A stretch of DNA of 38,167 nucleotides from Octopus bimaculoides (taxonomy: Eukaryota), in contig NC_068983.1 in the NCBI RefSeq assembly GCF_001194135.2, positions 145,919,975-145,958,141 of the forward strand, read 5' to 3'. This document shows, piece by piece, positions 23,571-35,706 of the stretch (position 1 is its first letter; every line of letters begins with the position of its first letter). The notes under the pieces are model-generated. The model saw nothing but the letters and a program-made list of their open reading frames with translations, was not told the DNA's origin and did no database searches. Made by a program: the position numbers and the translations under genes.

Positions 23571-23990
23571 ATTGAGTTTTCCTCTACTAACACATCACAA
23601 CTGGTGTTGGTTCGTTTACATCCCAGCAACCTAGCGGCACGGCAAAAGAGCATGATTTGGATAAGTACCAAGCTCAGACAAGAAACAAATATTGGGGTCA
23701 TTTCGTTCGTCTAAAACTCCTTTGCCACGAAACCCTAGCTTCACGAGTCAATACGTATTCAATTCAGCAGTGAAACCTTCAAAGCTTCAATGTTCAAGAT
23801 TTTTGAAGTCTTTCATTGAAGAACAGAAAACAAATATGTAAATACTGGTATGAACAACGTTGAGCCTGATATTTGGATAAGTGTCAGGCTCAGAAAAAAA
23901 AACAAGTATTGGGGCCAATTCGTTCGTCTAAAACTCCATAAAGTGGTGCTCTAGCATGGCCGTAAACAAGTAGAAGATAAGCGATAAAAG
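23570..23990 (+). mobile_element. Two partial 3' bodies of the composite SINE
   Basis: ATTTGGATAAGT...TATTGGGG...TTCGTTCGTCTAAAACTCC occurs at ~23655-23720 and ~23872-23937; the second continues to GGTGCTCTAGCATGGCCG. Confidence 0.65.
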
Positions 23991-24084
23991 ACACCCAACT
24001 GACATTGAATGTCACATAGATACTCTGCCTGGCAAAGATTGTCTCGTAGATACTCGGCTGACAGAGAATGAAATATAAAGCAAC

Positions 24085-24235
<151 letters not shown>

Positions 24236-24782
24236 TGAAGAGACGCGGAGAATAGTTATCATGGCTGGTTGGGAAATAAATTTTTGAGAAAGTCTTCAGA
24301 AATTAAGATATTGTAATATAATCTCAGATTAGATGATCGGGTCTCACTCTGCATACATACCGTCAAGATTGTACAGTTGTCTGTAAGAAGACACCGACAT
24401 AAACAAGATGAACTGTCAAGCGTAAACCATTGGACGTTACAGTGACTCAAATAACAGTACTTCCTTACAGTAGTTCGAAGCAGATCGGAGGAATTTGCTT
24501 TCTCGTAAACAGATATATATATATATATATATATANNNNNNNNNNNNNNNNNNNNNNNNNNNNNNNNNNNNNNNNNNNNNNNNNNNNNNNNNNNNNNNNN
24601 NNNNNNNNNNNNNNNNNNNNNNNNNNNNNNNNNNNNNNNNNNNNNNNNNNNNNNNNNNNNNNNNNNNNNNNNNNNNNNNNNNNNNNNNNNNNNNNNNNNN
24701 NNNNNNNNNNNNNNNNNNNNNNNNNNNNNNNNNNNNNNNNNNNNNNNNNNNNNNNNNNNNTTTACAATTTATTTTTTGGATT

Positions 24783-24827
<45 letters not shown>

Positions 24828-24879
24828 AACCTCTGTATACAGTTGTGCGACTGGAATATCATGTCGTATTGCCATTTAA

Positions 24880-25110
24880 CAACTACTATGCAATAGAGTC
24901 ACTAGGAGGACGATCTGTATATGATCGCGTGACGTGCAAGAAATATCAGTCAAATTTCCTTCAAATTACTCTCTGAGGAAGGACAGATTGGATTACGTGC
25001 CACTATATGTTCGTCTAAAAAGTTGTACAAGTCGGTCATGCCTGGAATGCTTTGATCACTAGAATGCTTGATCATAGGTCAGATCGATCTGAACATGCGT
25101 GGGACCGTGG
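24880..25110 (+). mobile_element. Degenerate SINE-like interspersed repeat
   Basis: GGTCATGCCTGGAATGCTTTGATCA...GATCATAGGTCAGATCGATC is related to the reverse complement of 19290-19410. Confidence 0.45.
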
Positions 25111-25630
25111 AACTGTGGGTTTTTGAAATTTGATGAAAGCTAAAAGACAAAATAGTTCACAAAGTGAAATAATATATATATTGTTACGAAGGAGAAATAA
25201 CATTATTGATCACGTGACTAATTTGAAGCATACTCTACGTTTTTCCTTGTTTTGTGCGTCTTTGCTGTGAGGTGGACGATTTCAGCTGGTAAAGGAACAC
25301 GCAAACGCGGAGTGTGAAATCGGTGACGCAAAGAACGCGGTGTGTGAAGTCAGTGATGAAAATTAACGCGGTGTGGGAAAAGATGGCGACGTAAAGAACG
25401 CAGAATGCGAAGATGGCAGCGTAAACAAACACTAAAAAGTTAGTTAGTGTCAAGTTGGCTACGAAGTATGTCGATGTAAAAATGGAATGTGATCAGTCGA
25501 AGTGAACCCGAGTGACGAAGAAGTACATTACACAAGACATACAACCAGGTACGACAACTTTTTCCTCTCTCAGCAAGTTGGCTTGCTGGGCCAGCGTGCA
25601 GTTTCCCAGCTGGTGACTTGGTTGTTGGAT

Positions 25631-25787
25631 CCGAGCAAATCGACCCCGGGACTTATTCTTTGTAAGCCTTAGTACTTATTCTATCGGTTTCTTTTTGCCG
25701 AACCGCTAAGTTACGGGTACGTAAACACACCAGCATCGGTTGTCAAGCGATGGTGGGGGACAAACACAGACACACAAACACACATAC

Positions 25788-25836
<49 letters not shown>

Positions 25837-26284
25837 AGTAAAAATAAATACAAAAAAAGTGGGTTTTGTATGATTGTGTATAGAGGAATATATTATTTTG
25901 TTTAAAAGAGTTCCAACATTGTCTGTTTTNNNNNNNNNNNNNNNNNNNNNNNNNNNNNNNNNNNNNNNNNNNNNNNNNNNNNNNNNNNNNNNNNNNNNNN
26001 NNNNNNNNNNNNNNNNNNNNNNNNNNNNNNNNNNNNNNNNNNNNNNNNNNNNNNNNNNNNNNNNNNNNNNNNNNNNNNNNNNNNNNNNNNNNNNNNNNNN
26101 NNNNNNNNNNNNNNNNNNNNNNNNNNNNNNNNNNNNNNNNNNNNNNNNATAATATACAATATATAATATAAAATAAAATAAAAATGGATGGTACTATGAA
26201 ATAAAGTATTGAATGTCTTATTGAATATATGGAATATGTCCTATTGAATAGATGAAATATTGAGTAGTCAATATAAAGGATTAA

Positions 26285-26325
<41 letters not shown>

Positions 26326-26491
26326 TACGACGGGCTTCTTTCAGTTTCCGTCAACCAAATCCACTCACAAGGCTTTGGTCGGCCTGAGGCTATAGTGGAA
26401 GACACTTGCCCAAGGTGTCACGCATTGGGACTGAACCCGGAACCATGTGGTTCTTAAGCAAGCTACTTACCACACAGCCACTCTTACGCCT
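25631..26491 (-). mobile_element. Composite SINE split by an insertion in its internal (TA)n
   Basis: 3' body at 25631-25790 and head+core at 26325-26491 are co-oriented and contiguous once ~25834-26290 is removed. Confidence 0.85.
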
Positions 26492-26699
26492 GTAAATGTT
26501 TGTCGAAAAATTTCGATTTGTATGCAGAAAAAGTACTGGAATCAGTTTATTTATATCACTAATATCCTTGGTAAAAGTACGAAAATCAAAGTTTTCTATT
26601 TGTCCTAACCCTAAAACATGACGTTAAGGAGTTTTGTTAAATGACAATAAAATTGTATGTTGATTTTGGTGATTACTACAGAGTTTCCATTCTAGGTTG

Positions 26700-26738
26700 T
26701 AACCATGGCACTTAGGAAGCCCGTCGAATATGTACCTC

Positions 26739-26811
<73 letters not shown>

Positions 26812-27000
26812 GTGCGCGTGTCTCCTACCATCGCTTGTGTTTCCTACCATCGCTTGACACCTGTAACTAAGTGATTCGGTTAAACGATGTCGATAAAATA
26901 AGTACTAGTCTTAAAACAAGTACTGCGGTCGATTCGTCTGACTAAACACTCCAAGGCACCATGTCTGCAGTCCAATGACTGAAGCAAGTAAAAAATAAAA
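26700..27000 (+). mobile_element. Internally deleted composite SINE
   Basis: GGCACTTAGG is joined to AAGCCCGTCG, then (GT)n, a duplicated TCCTACCATCGCTTG and the 3' body. Confidence 0.75.
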
Positions 27001-27056
27001 TGTCTGAGGTGTATTTTTATATCTAGTGCCATTCTTCGTTTCTATATCATTTAGAT

Positions 27057-27588
27057 CAGGGGTGGGGAAACTTGTTAGTGCGGCAGGCAAAAATTTCCAA
27101 TGATAAAGGTCCGCGGATGGATCACAAGTTCTAATTCTTCTATTTGTGTAACTCTTGTATATATCTCTGTATAATTCGATATACATTAATAAAGATAAGT
27201 TTAACACATTAAATTAACGTGTAACATCTTCATTAACGCCGCCACTGAATTTAGTACGTTTACATTACTTATGCGGTATTCAAATTTTTTCAGCTAGAGT
27301 GTAATTGGGTCTCAAGGGTGTGGTACAAACCTAGCAATATGTGTTTTATAGTGAAAACAAAATTTCCATTCAAATGGCAATTACCGGACGATTTCTGTTT
27401 GAGTCTAACCGTTTTAAGTCGCAGTGGAAATGCGACCTATGTTGCAAATAGGCATAGGAATATTGTATAAATTTTATGATTGAAACTTTTATTATATGTT
27501 GTACATACGAGTATATCAGCCTGCGGGTGCAATAGAATGTGTTCGCGAGCGCAATTGCGCCCGCGGGCGGGGGTTTCCTCACCCCCTG
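27057..27588. mobile_element. Non-autonomous hAT (Charlie-type) MITE, 532 bp
   Basis: TIRs CAGGGGTGGGGAAAC / GTTTCCTCACCCCCTG (one substitution, one indel). 8 bp TSD ATTTAGAT / CTTTAGAT (7/8), resembling the Charlie NTCTAGAN target. Confidence 0.9.
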
Positions 27589-28365
27589 CTTTAGATAGAG
27601 AAACGCGGAACAACACAAGCTATCATAATACAACTCGAAAGTTTCTTTGACAAAATATTTCAGCAGGGGCCGTGCCACATTTGTATACACATTATAAGTA
27701 TTATACGCACCGGTATTTTTTATCAAAATCTGTTTCAAATGCGTGTATTAAAGAAATATGTAAAAAATTTAACAGATGCGAATAAGTTTGTATGACCAAG
27801 GCAAAAACGAATCTTGGCATTTCAAGCAAAGTCCTTTATCGGGGAAAGAGAAATTGTTTTTAATGTTTTTAGAAAGTGCTACCATAAACATAATTTGAAA
27901 ATTTTCTCGCTTCTACTAAATTATTTTTGCCATCACAGACCGTCAGCAGACTTCCCGAACACCAATGTTTTTTATTTACTGTGTAACATAGAACTCAATA
28001 GAACGCATTGGAATTGAATTTGGTGATACAAAAGTACGTGACATTGGTGTATAACTGATCATTTTTCATTGGATAAGCTACAATATAGAATTACATGAAT
28101 TTAATATCTTTGTAAACGTTGTAAAGAGACAATTATTATAATTTCGATACTTTACTAGACAGACATTTTACGCAGTGTATCAACCTTACTTAAACTAAGC
28201 CAAGTAAGTTGACATTCAGGAGAAGAGACAGACAGATCTGTTGAATATGGAAAATGTCGTCAGACCAACGGTCCCAATCGTCTTCTCAATTATAATCAGT
28301 AAGTTGACGAGAAAAAAAGAGGATCCAAACATACCTAGAGTACCGTTATGAGTTCGAGTGTGTGT

Positions 28366-28407
<42 letters not shown>

Positions 28408-29439
28408 AAGACAAAAACTCCGGCGCTTTTCAAAAGAAATCTCAATTATATCACGTCGTTGACAAAAAAAAAAAATTTAATGGCTGAAGTGCCGAGAGTT
28501 CGTATTCATGCGCTGTTCTTTTGTATTGCCTTAAGCAAGATATACTTTCTAAGATCACTATGACTTAAAATAATGAGGTTGAATAGCTTCTTAGAAATAA
28601 TAATGAAATATTTTCACGAAATATATTACCCTTTGATACGAGATAGAACGGTATCTAGAAACTTTTGTAGCCATAAAATATGTTAGTGATCACCAAAAAA
28701 TAGAGCGCAAATCAAATTAAATCTCTATTTTTTATTCCAATTTTAAGTAACCCTAATTTATTTAAATTACTAATTCACTTAGGAAAATTATATTGATCAA
28801 AACTACTGATTGTCTTTTAGCTCAAGGTCTTAGACTCTATGTATGCAAGATATATCTTTTGTTGTGGTCATAATTGTTACTGCTCAGAACTCTTTAATAC
28901 ATTTCTTATATATAAGTATTATATACATTTCTTATATATATATGTATTATCTAAAGTCATGCTATCGACTACACAGTGTTATTTTCCGTTGTTCACTTTT
29001 TGTAATTATCAAAATTTTACAGGCCAAATGTCTTCTTACTCCTTTTCTGTTTCTTAAATCGTCTGTCAACTGATGAAAACAGGCTTGAGTAGACTGTGCT
29101 AAGCTGATGATTTCCAATAAGACCGATGCCTGTGCACCACTGGGCTATATTTTTTAAAGATCAGATTTCATCTCGGAGAATAAAAATTTAGTTCTCTAGG
29201 TAATTCGTAATTTCTTGAAATGCAAACAATTACCGCTGTTACCGGCAATTTCCATTTTTTAAACAAGTTTTTCATACAACATTCAATATATCACTGGTTG
29301 CCGAAATTGTCTAAATTCATGCAATTTTTCCATTTGAGTTATTTCTTTTCCTTTCATTTTGTAAGTATATATAAAAACCCTTCTTTTTCTACGACAATAT
29401 AAAGTCTTTAATTTGAATTAATAGCTAAATATATGACTA

Positions 29440-29935
29440 ACATTTTCTTTTCCAGCAAAATACCTATACACTGTATTTTTGTACATAACTAAACTACAAT
29501 ATTACTAATTTAATTTGGCTCACATATAACCTACACTACAATAAATACATTTCGTAAACAACTGTAAAATTAATGTTTTCCGGCATAAGTAACCAAATAC
29601 ATAGCTAATGTACTTCTAGATAAGTAACCTCTACAAACTAATTGGGTTTTTTCTACATCAGTAACCTACTAGAAAAGTAAAGTATTTCCTAACAACAGCA
29701 TTCAACAATATATGTCCAGTAAATTTCCTATGTAACCAAATATAAATTTTGTTGAATCTTCCTACAGAGACGACTATAAAAAGTTATTTATTTTCTATGT
29801 TGGTAACTAACTATATAATTAGTGTATTCTCCCATATGAATAATCAAACAATATAGTCAGTACATTTTTGATACCCGTAATTCATCATATATAATGTATT
29901 TTTTTCTATTTAAGTAACCAACTATACAACTAACG
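29440..29935. repeat. Highly degenerate minisatellite, ~35-40 bp period
   Basis: Recurring TTCT/TTCC...AGTAACC(A/T)A...TAATGTA modules. Confidence 0.55.
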
Positions 29936-30989
29936 GCAGATTATTTCAGAATTCATATATTGTAATTAACTCTTTAAACATTATAACTAATGCAGGCTTT
30001 CATCTTCAAGATACCAATTTCAGAATACGAAATTGTTATAAGTTCTTTTTATAAATAAAGTTATATTAAAGAAATATTAAAAAATATTTGTTTAACCATA
30101 TTTAATTCGAAATAGTCAAATTATATCTAAACAGAGGAAAGCTGTTACCCTAAAATGCATTTCAAATGAGAGATAACTCTTTAATTAATATTAGCTTTTG
30201 TGAGGAACTTAATCGATATTATTTGGTGTGTTATATATATACCTATCTCTGAGACTACGTTTCTCGGATATTTACATATATCCAAGAAGTTGGCTGGTGT
30301 TAAACGCATCGGGACAACTGCATGCGATGCTAGTACTTGTTGAAATCAATATAAGTTACCAGTACACTGCATATCAATTTAATTTAGTAGTAACCTGACA
30401 TCAATATATGCCATAATAATAACGAGGGCTTTGATAACAGTTGCATGAAAACTATCTCTTATTAAGAGACATTTAATCTTTTATTATGTGATATTATGTG
30501 GAATGTTCAATAAAATTTCTCTTCTATATGCAGAACCATTTGCAAACATTCGTTAGAAAATGTCTTGGATGCTGTTTCGATCCTTTGTTCACATTCACAA
30601 ATCTCCTATAGTGCACGAGCACTATCAGAAAATGAGACTATTGTAAAATGAAAATAATTTGTATATTTGACACCGTCACACAACACTACACTATTCATTT
30701 TATTGGCATCAGCGATGAATTTTCCAAAGTAATATGTCTGAATTATACAAACATTTGTGAAGAGAGACTATAGTTGATTAAATTAATATTTACATATTAA
30801 TGGTATTAGTCATACATACATACATACATACATATACACCTGCTTTTTGTTTCCCTACCTGTTTTCATCTTTTGACTTCTGTTAATTTGAACTAATATAT
30901 ATATACTTTGATACATTGATACTTTGATAGGTTTCGGCCAGTATTGGCCAAGGCCATGTCTAACTTAATAGTACCACCTAGCGAAGTCA

Positions 30990-31794
30990 TTCAAATCAGG
31001 CAGATGATGTAGCACTCACGGCAACTTTGGAGAGAATAAAGCTTAAGTTTTTCTAGTCGACCCCAATAGTCAAGGCTTGTCATGCAATTTTTCTTTATTT
31101 GTAATTGACTTTTGAGCTGCTTCAACTTTCATGATACTTTGTTTCGTGTGGGGAGACCACAGTGGACAACAGTATTCAATGTGGGGTTGGGCAAAAGTGG
31201 AGAAGAGAAGAATAATGGTGTGGATATCTCTCGACTGGAATGTTCTGAGAATCCAGGAACACATTCTGCGAGCCATATCAACTGTGCTGTTTATATGATG
31301 TTGTTGGATGCCATAAGAGTTTCACCTGAAGGAAGGGAGTATGGGAGTTTCAGGGTACCTTCTTCTCCGAAGTCAATTAACTCAAATTTGTCCTCGTTCA
31401 GCAGCATATTGCTCTCCTCCGCCCAATTGGATGAGAGCCAGTTGGTCTGACTGAAGGAATGTCCGGTACCGCACTTCATTCATGACCTTCTGGAGCTTGG
31501 AATCATCTGCAAAGATTCTGATGTTATTGTGCAAAGATTCTGCTGTTGCTGCAAAGTTTCTGATGTTGATGTCAGCAATGTCATTAATGTAGATGATGAA
31601 GAGAAGTGGGCTTAACACAGTACCACAGTGCCTTGTAGAACACCACTACTGACTTTGGCTGGGATTGATTTTATTCCTTCGACTACAGTGTTTCGGGTTC
31701 TGTCTGTGAGGAAACATTTGATCCATTGTAGTAACTTTCCAGTGACACCACTGCTGGATAATGTTTTCAAGAGAATGTTATGATCAACCCTGTC
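30990..31794 (-). mobile_element. CR1-like LINE reverse transcriptase fragment (frameshifted)
   Basis: DRVDHNILL...WIKCFLTDR...SGVLQGTV LSPLLFIIYIND...IFADDSK...NMLLNEDKF...EYCCPLWSP...DYWGRLEKLKLYSLQ. Confidence 0.9.
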
Positions 31795-32085
31795 ATATGC
31801 ATATATACATATACATACTTACATATTCATACATATACATACATATATATACATACATATACATATACTTACATATGCATATACATATACATACACATAT
31901 ATATATACATATATATACATGCATAAACATATACATATACATGCATATGCATATAAATACATATACACACGTACATATACAACCGTACATATGCACTCGT
32001 GCATGCATACACACGTACACGCATACACACTTACACACATACATATATACACACACATATATACATATATACATATATACACATG
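31795..32085. repeat. Degenerate (CATA)/(CA)/(TA) low-complexity tract
   Basis: Read directly from the sequence. Confidence 0.93.
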
Positions 32086-32530
32086 TGTGTTTGTGTTGTG
32101 TTCTCACCCAGTCACGTTCCTGTAACTTAGTGGTTCAGCAAAAGATATCAATAGAATTAGTAGTGGACATAAGAATAAGTAATGGGGTCATTTTGCTCGA
32201 CTAAGCCCTTCATAGAGGTGCCTGTTGTGGAGATCGCTAACCAATAGAATTCAAAGTTCTGGAGCTCGCTAGAACGTTCACAAGGCGTCTCGATTTTTGT
32301 TTACGTTACTATTATATTCTTGAGTTTTACAGTTGGAATAAATAGATTTCACACCTATCTGGAGTACCACTGTGTTTTTTTCTTTGCGAGGAAACGAGGG
32401 CGGTATTTTGAACTCCAGACAACACACCTGTCTGGATTATTACTCTATTCTCTGTAAGTAAACAAGAGAAATGTACCAGTGCTCCAGCATGATCACAGTT
32501 GAATGACTGATTAAGCAAAAGATATAAAGA
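32085..32530 (+). mobile_element. Composite SINE 3' body interrupted by a solo LTR
   Basis: GTAACTTAGTGGTTCAGCAAAAG...GCTCGACTAAGCCCTTCATAGAGGTGC is resumed as GTGCTCCAGCATGATCACAG after 32478. Confidence 0.8.
32223..32478 (+). mobile_element. Probable solo LTR (256 bp)
   Basis: Begins TG, ends CA, internal AATAAA near 32337, and 5 bp TSD GTGCC/GTGCT (4/5) exactly at the SINE break. Confidence 0.72.
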
Positions 32531-33662
32531 CAAAGTCAACTTTGTAAGTTCATCTCAAAACATATACGCGTATAAAGAAAAACTGCATGAAGTTTAGCCT
32601 AACTATTATCTTTGCATTTCTAGTGTGCTCTTCTTTTTGATTTATTTATTCACTCATTCAATTATTGATCAAGCATTAGGTAAAAATTTGTACTGGTATA
32701 ATCATTTGAATCGACTCTCAATGAAAATCTGGCATCTTACATCATCATTTTTCTCTTTCACAATATAATAAACTGCATTCTACAAATATAGAATAGAGTA
32801 ATCTATTGAGATGCTTAAAATGCTATGATTTGAAGCTTTAAAAATATACACGTTCGGTAAATTTATCATTTGTCTGGCAGTAAACTCATCAACCACCAAA
32901 AGGTATCCAGTATCGTCACATTTCTTCGAAGGCGAGAAATTAAAACTTTTAATTTTGAGTGAACGAAGGAGCCCTACGTACAGTCACACAACCCGCAAGA
33001 TGTAGTCCCTCAAATCATACCCAACTTCCTTTTAAAAAAAAACGAAAAAGACATTGGACATTATAGTATTTGTTATTCAAAGGACGTAGTGGTCATGACT
33101 GAAAGGCTTTTAATCAAATTTGTCAATCAGAGACAAATTAGGATTGGCCAAACAGTAACAACAATAAACCTTTCCTGTTTGTTTCTATGTTTATAAATAA
33201 AATTTGTTCACCTTTCCAACTCTTACTCTTTCTCTGTTCTGTGTAATTATTCTCTATTAACTGATAACTCGTTTCTCTAAATCCCACGTGGTAAAGTCTA
33301 GCTTGAATATAGAAGTAAGCTTTGTTATTCGCCATACGAATATTGATCCAGTTATCGCTGATAGTAAATATCCTGAATATCTCTACACTAACACAGAAGC
33401 GGGGATATTGATTTGGAAGCTGAATGAAAAGCACTACAATTATTATTTCAACAAGCTGTGGAAACACTTCCATAAACTCAGTTTATCTTTGCTTACAACT
33501 ATGACGTCACAATAGGTGATTGTTACATTAATTGGGAGAATATTTCTAATTTGTTTTCCAAATTTCTTCAACAAAGCCGACTGAGATATTTGTCGCCTTT
33601 CTTTTTCTAAAAATTTTCACAGCTCGTTAAAAATCTGGAATGCGAAACCAAGTTTTCGGTAA

Positions 33663-33663
33663 T

Positions 33664-33718
<55 letters not shown>

Positions 33719-33735
33719 CACCACCACTACTACTA

Positions 33736-33834
<99 letters not shown>

Positions 33835-33841
33835 GCTGCTG

Positions 33842-33908
<67 letters not shown>
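33663..33908. repeat. (ACT)n trinucleotide repeat with (ACC)n and GCT interruptions
   Basis: Read directly from the sequence. Confidence 0.97.
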
Positions 33909-33910
33909 AG

Positions 33911-35400
33911 GGCTTACTAGCGAATTTTAAACAATTCAGTGATGACATCCGGATTCTCGATAAATGTCTAAAAGCTACCTTTATCAAAGTAAAAATGACA
34001 GAAACATCCAATGATAATCTTGACCAGTAGAATGTCATAAAGGAATTAGAACCAGCGGAGAGCTACAAATACCAAGGAGTATTTGAAGGGGACGGAATCA
34101 AACATTCAGTGATGAGGGAAAGGATCAGAAGAAAATGTTATCGCAGGGTAAGAGCAATACTCAAGACAGCTGAATGCAAGAAACAGGATCGAAGCGATCA
34201 ACACTTCAGCCATACCAGTCGTGACTTACGGTTTCAATATCAATAACTGGTCAATTACTGAAATATGTAATCTTGACAGAAAAATACGAAAATTGTTGAC
34301 AATGCGTAGAATGCACCACCCTAAGGCAGATATAGAACACTTTACATGCCATGAAAAGAGGGAGGCCTTGGACTTTTAAAACTGGAATTTAACAATGAAG
34401 ATTGCCTCAATTGGCCTAGACACCTACCTGAAAAACTCTGATGACTGGATGTTAAAACTTGTCTCAAAGTATGAAAACAAGAAAGCATCATACTCAGTAA
34501 GAAAACAAGTAAAGGAATATCTAAATGAATTCCAAATACAACAAATTCCAGAATTAGACGTACCGGAAACAAGCACAGAAAAAGTTAAGCGTATGAAAAC
34601 CCATGTTAACACTGCTGCCTTAGATATTCTTACTGATAAATGATAAGAAAAACTTCTTAATGGCAAATACCCAGAGAGAACTAATAGTGCCGCTGTTGAC
34701 AAAGCCCTTACTCATCAATGGTTAGTGGCTTCTGGCTTAAAGTCAGAAACAGAAGGGTTTATCATAGCAGCCCAAGATCAATGCCTACCTACAAGGAACT
34801 ACTAGACCAACGGTAGCTGCCCAACATGTCATGTATATCAACAACATGAAACCATTGATCATGTTGTCTCCATGTGCAGTCATCTTGCGCCTACAGAGTA
34901 TCTCAACAGGAATGATAGAGCAGCACAATATATTCACTGGGTAATTTGAAAAAACCTGGATCTGCCCCATGATAAAAACTGGTGGGAACACAAACCACCT
35001 TCAGTGCTTGAAAATGATCACATCTCAGTCCTCTGGAATTTCACCGTTCAAACTGACAGAATGATAGATGCGAATAGGCCAGGCATTATATTGAAAGACT
35101 TCAGACAAAAATCATGCCTCCTCATTGATATGACTGTCGCAATCGACATAAATGTATCTATCAAGACCTACCAAACACTGAGCAAGTATAAAGATCTTGA
35201 AATAGAAATTAGCAAAATGTGGAACCTGAAGACTAAAACAATACCTGTTGTCATAGGTGCCCCAGGAATGATAGCAAAAGGGCTGATTGTTACCTAGCTC
35301 AGATACCAGGAAACCCCAAAATAGCAGAAATTCAAAAGATAGTGCTCATGGAAACTGCCCACATCATGCGTAAAATACTATGTAATCTCAAATTTTAAAA
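33911..35400 (+). mobile_element. 5'-truncated R4/Dong-type LINE: RT C-terminus, CCHC knuckle and restriction-like endonuclease; pseudogenised
   Basis: FSDDI...YKYQG...MHHPKAD...SETEGFIIAAQDQCLPTRNY...CPTC...ETIDHVVSMC...LWNFTVQTDRMIDANRPGIILKD...LLIDMTV...SKYKDLEIEISKMW...IPVVIGAPG. Confidence 0.93.
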
Positions 35401-35414
35401 CAAGATCAATTTTC

Positions 35415-35688
35415 TTAGTACTCAGAGCACTAACAACCAAGTTTGAGAAATATATTGGAAAAATTGGAATTGACATGAGAGCAGAGCAGGCCCCCAAAAC
35501 TGCTCTATTGGGGAAAGCAAGGATTTTGAGATTGGTGCTGGAGCATTGAGTTTCTTCCACGACAAGCTAACATCCAGGTACTAAAGCTTATAATTTGCGG
35601 AATGAGACCCTGTGAGACTGCTGACAACAGGTTGATGTATGCTCTCACAGAATTGACCAGAGCAAATAAGACCGAGAGCTCTGAGAAG
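35415..35688 (+). mobile_element. 3' end and 3' UTR of a second R4/Dong-type family
   Basis: ALTTKFEKYIGKIGID...KTALLGKARILRLVLEH-stop, then a UTR ending at (AAT)n. Confidence 0.75.
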
Positions 35689-35706
35689 TATAATAATAAT
35701 AATAAC

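Noticed and set aside
22665-23575. Chain of hydrophobic plus-strand ORFs that look like membrane proteins
   Set aside because: T-rich low-complexity DNA gives F/L/I/Y-rich frames; there are no recognisable motifs or splice structure.
25304-25426. CRISPR-like array
   Set aside because: The units are contiguous and diverged with no unique spacers, the context is eukaryotic, and there are no cas genes.
28282-28470. Short direct repeat CTCAATTATA..TCA....GTTGAC.A(n) on either side of a (GT)n
   Set aside because: About 30 bp, low complexity and imperfect; not enough to define an element or TSD.
33288-33515. Plus-strand 75 aa ORF
   Set aside because: No ATG start, no recognisable motif, and it overlaps the longer ATG-initiated minus-strand ORF.
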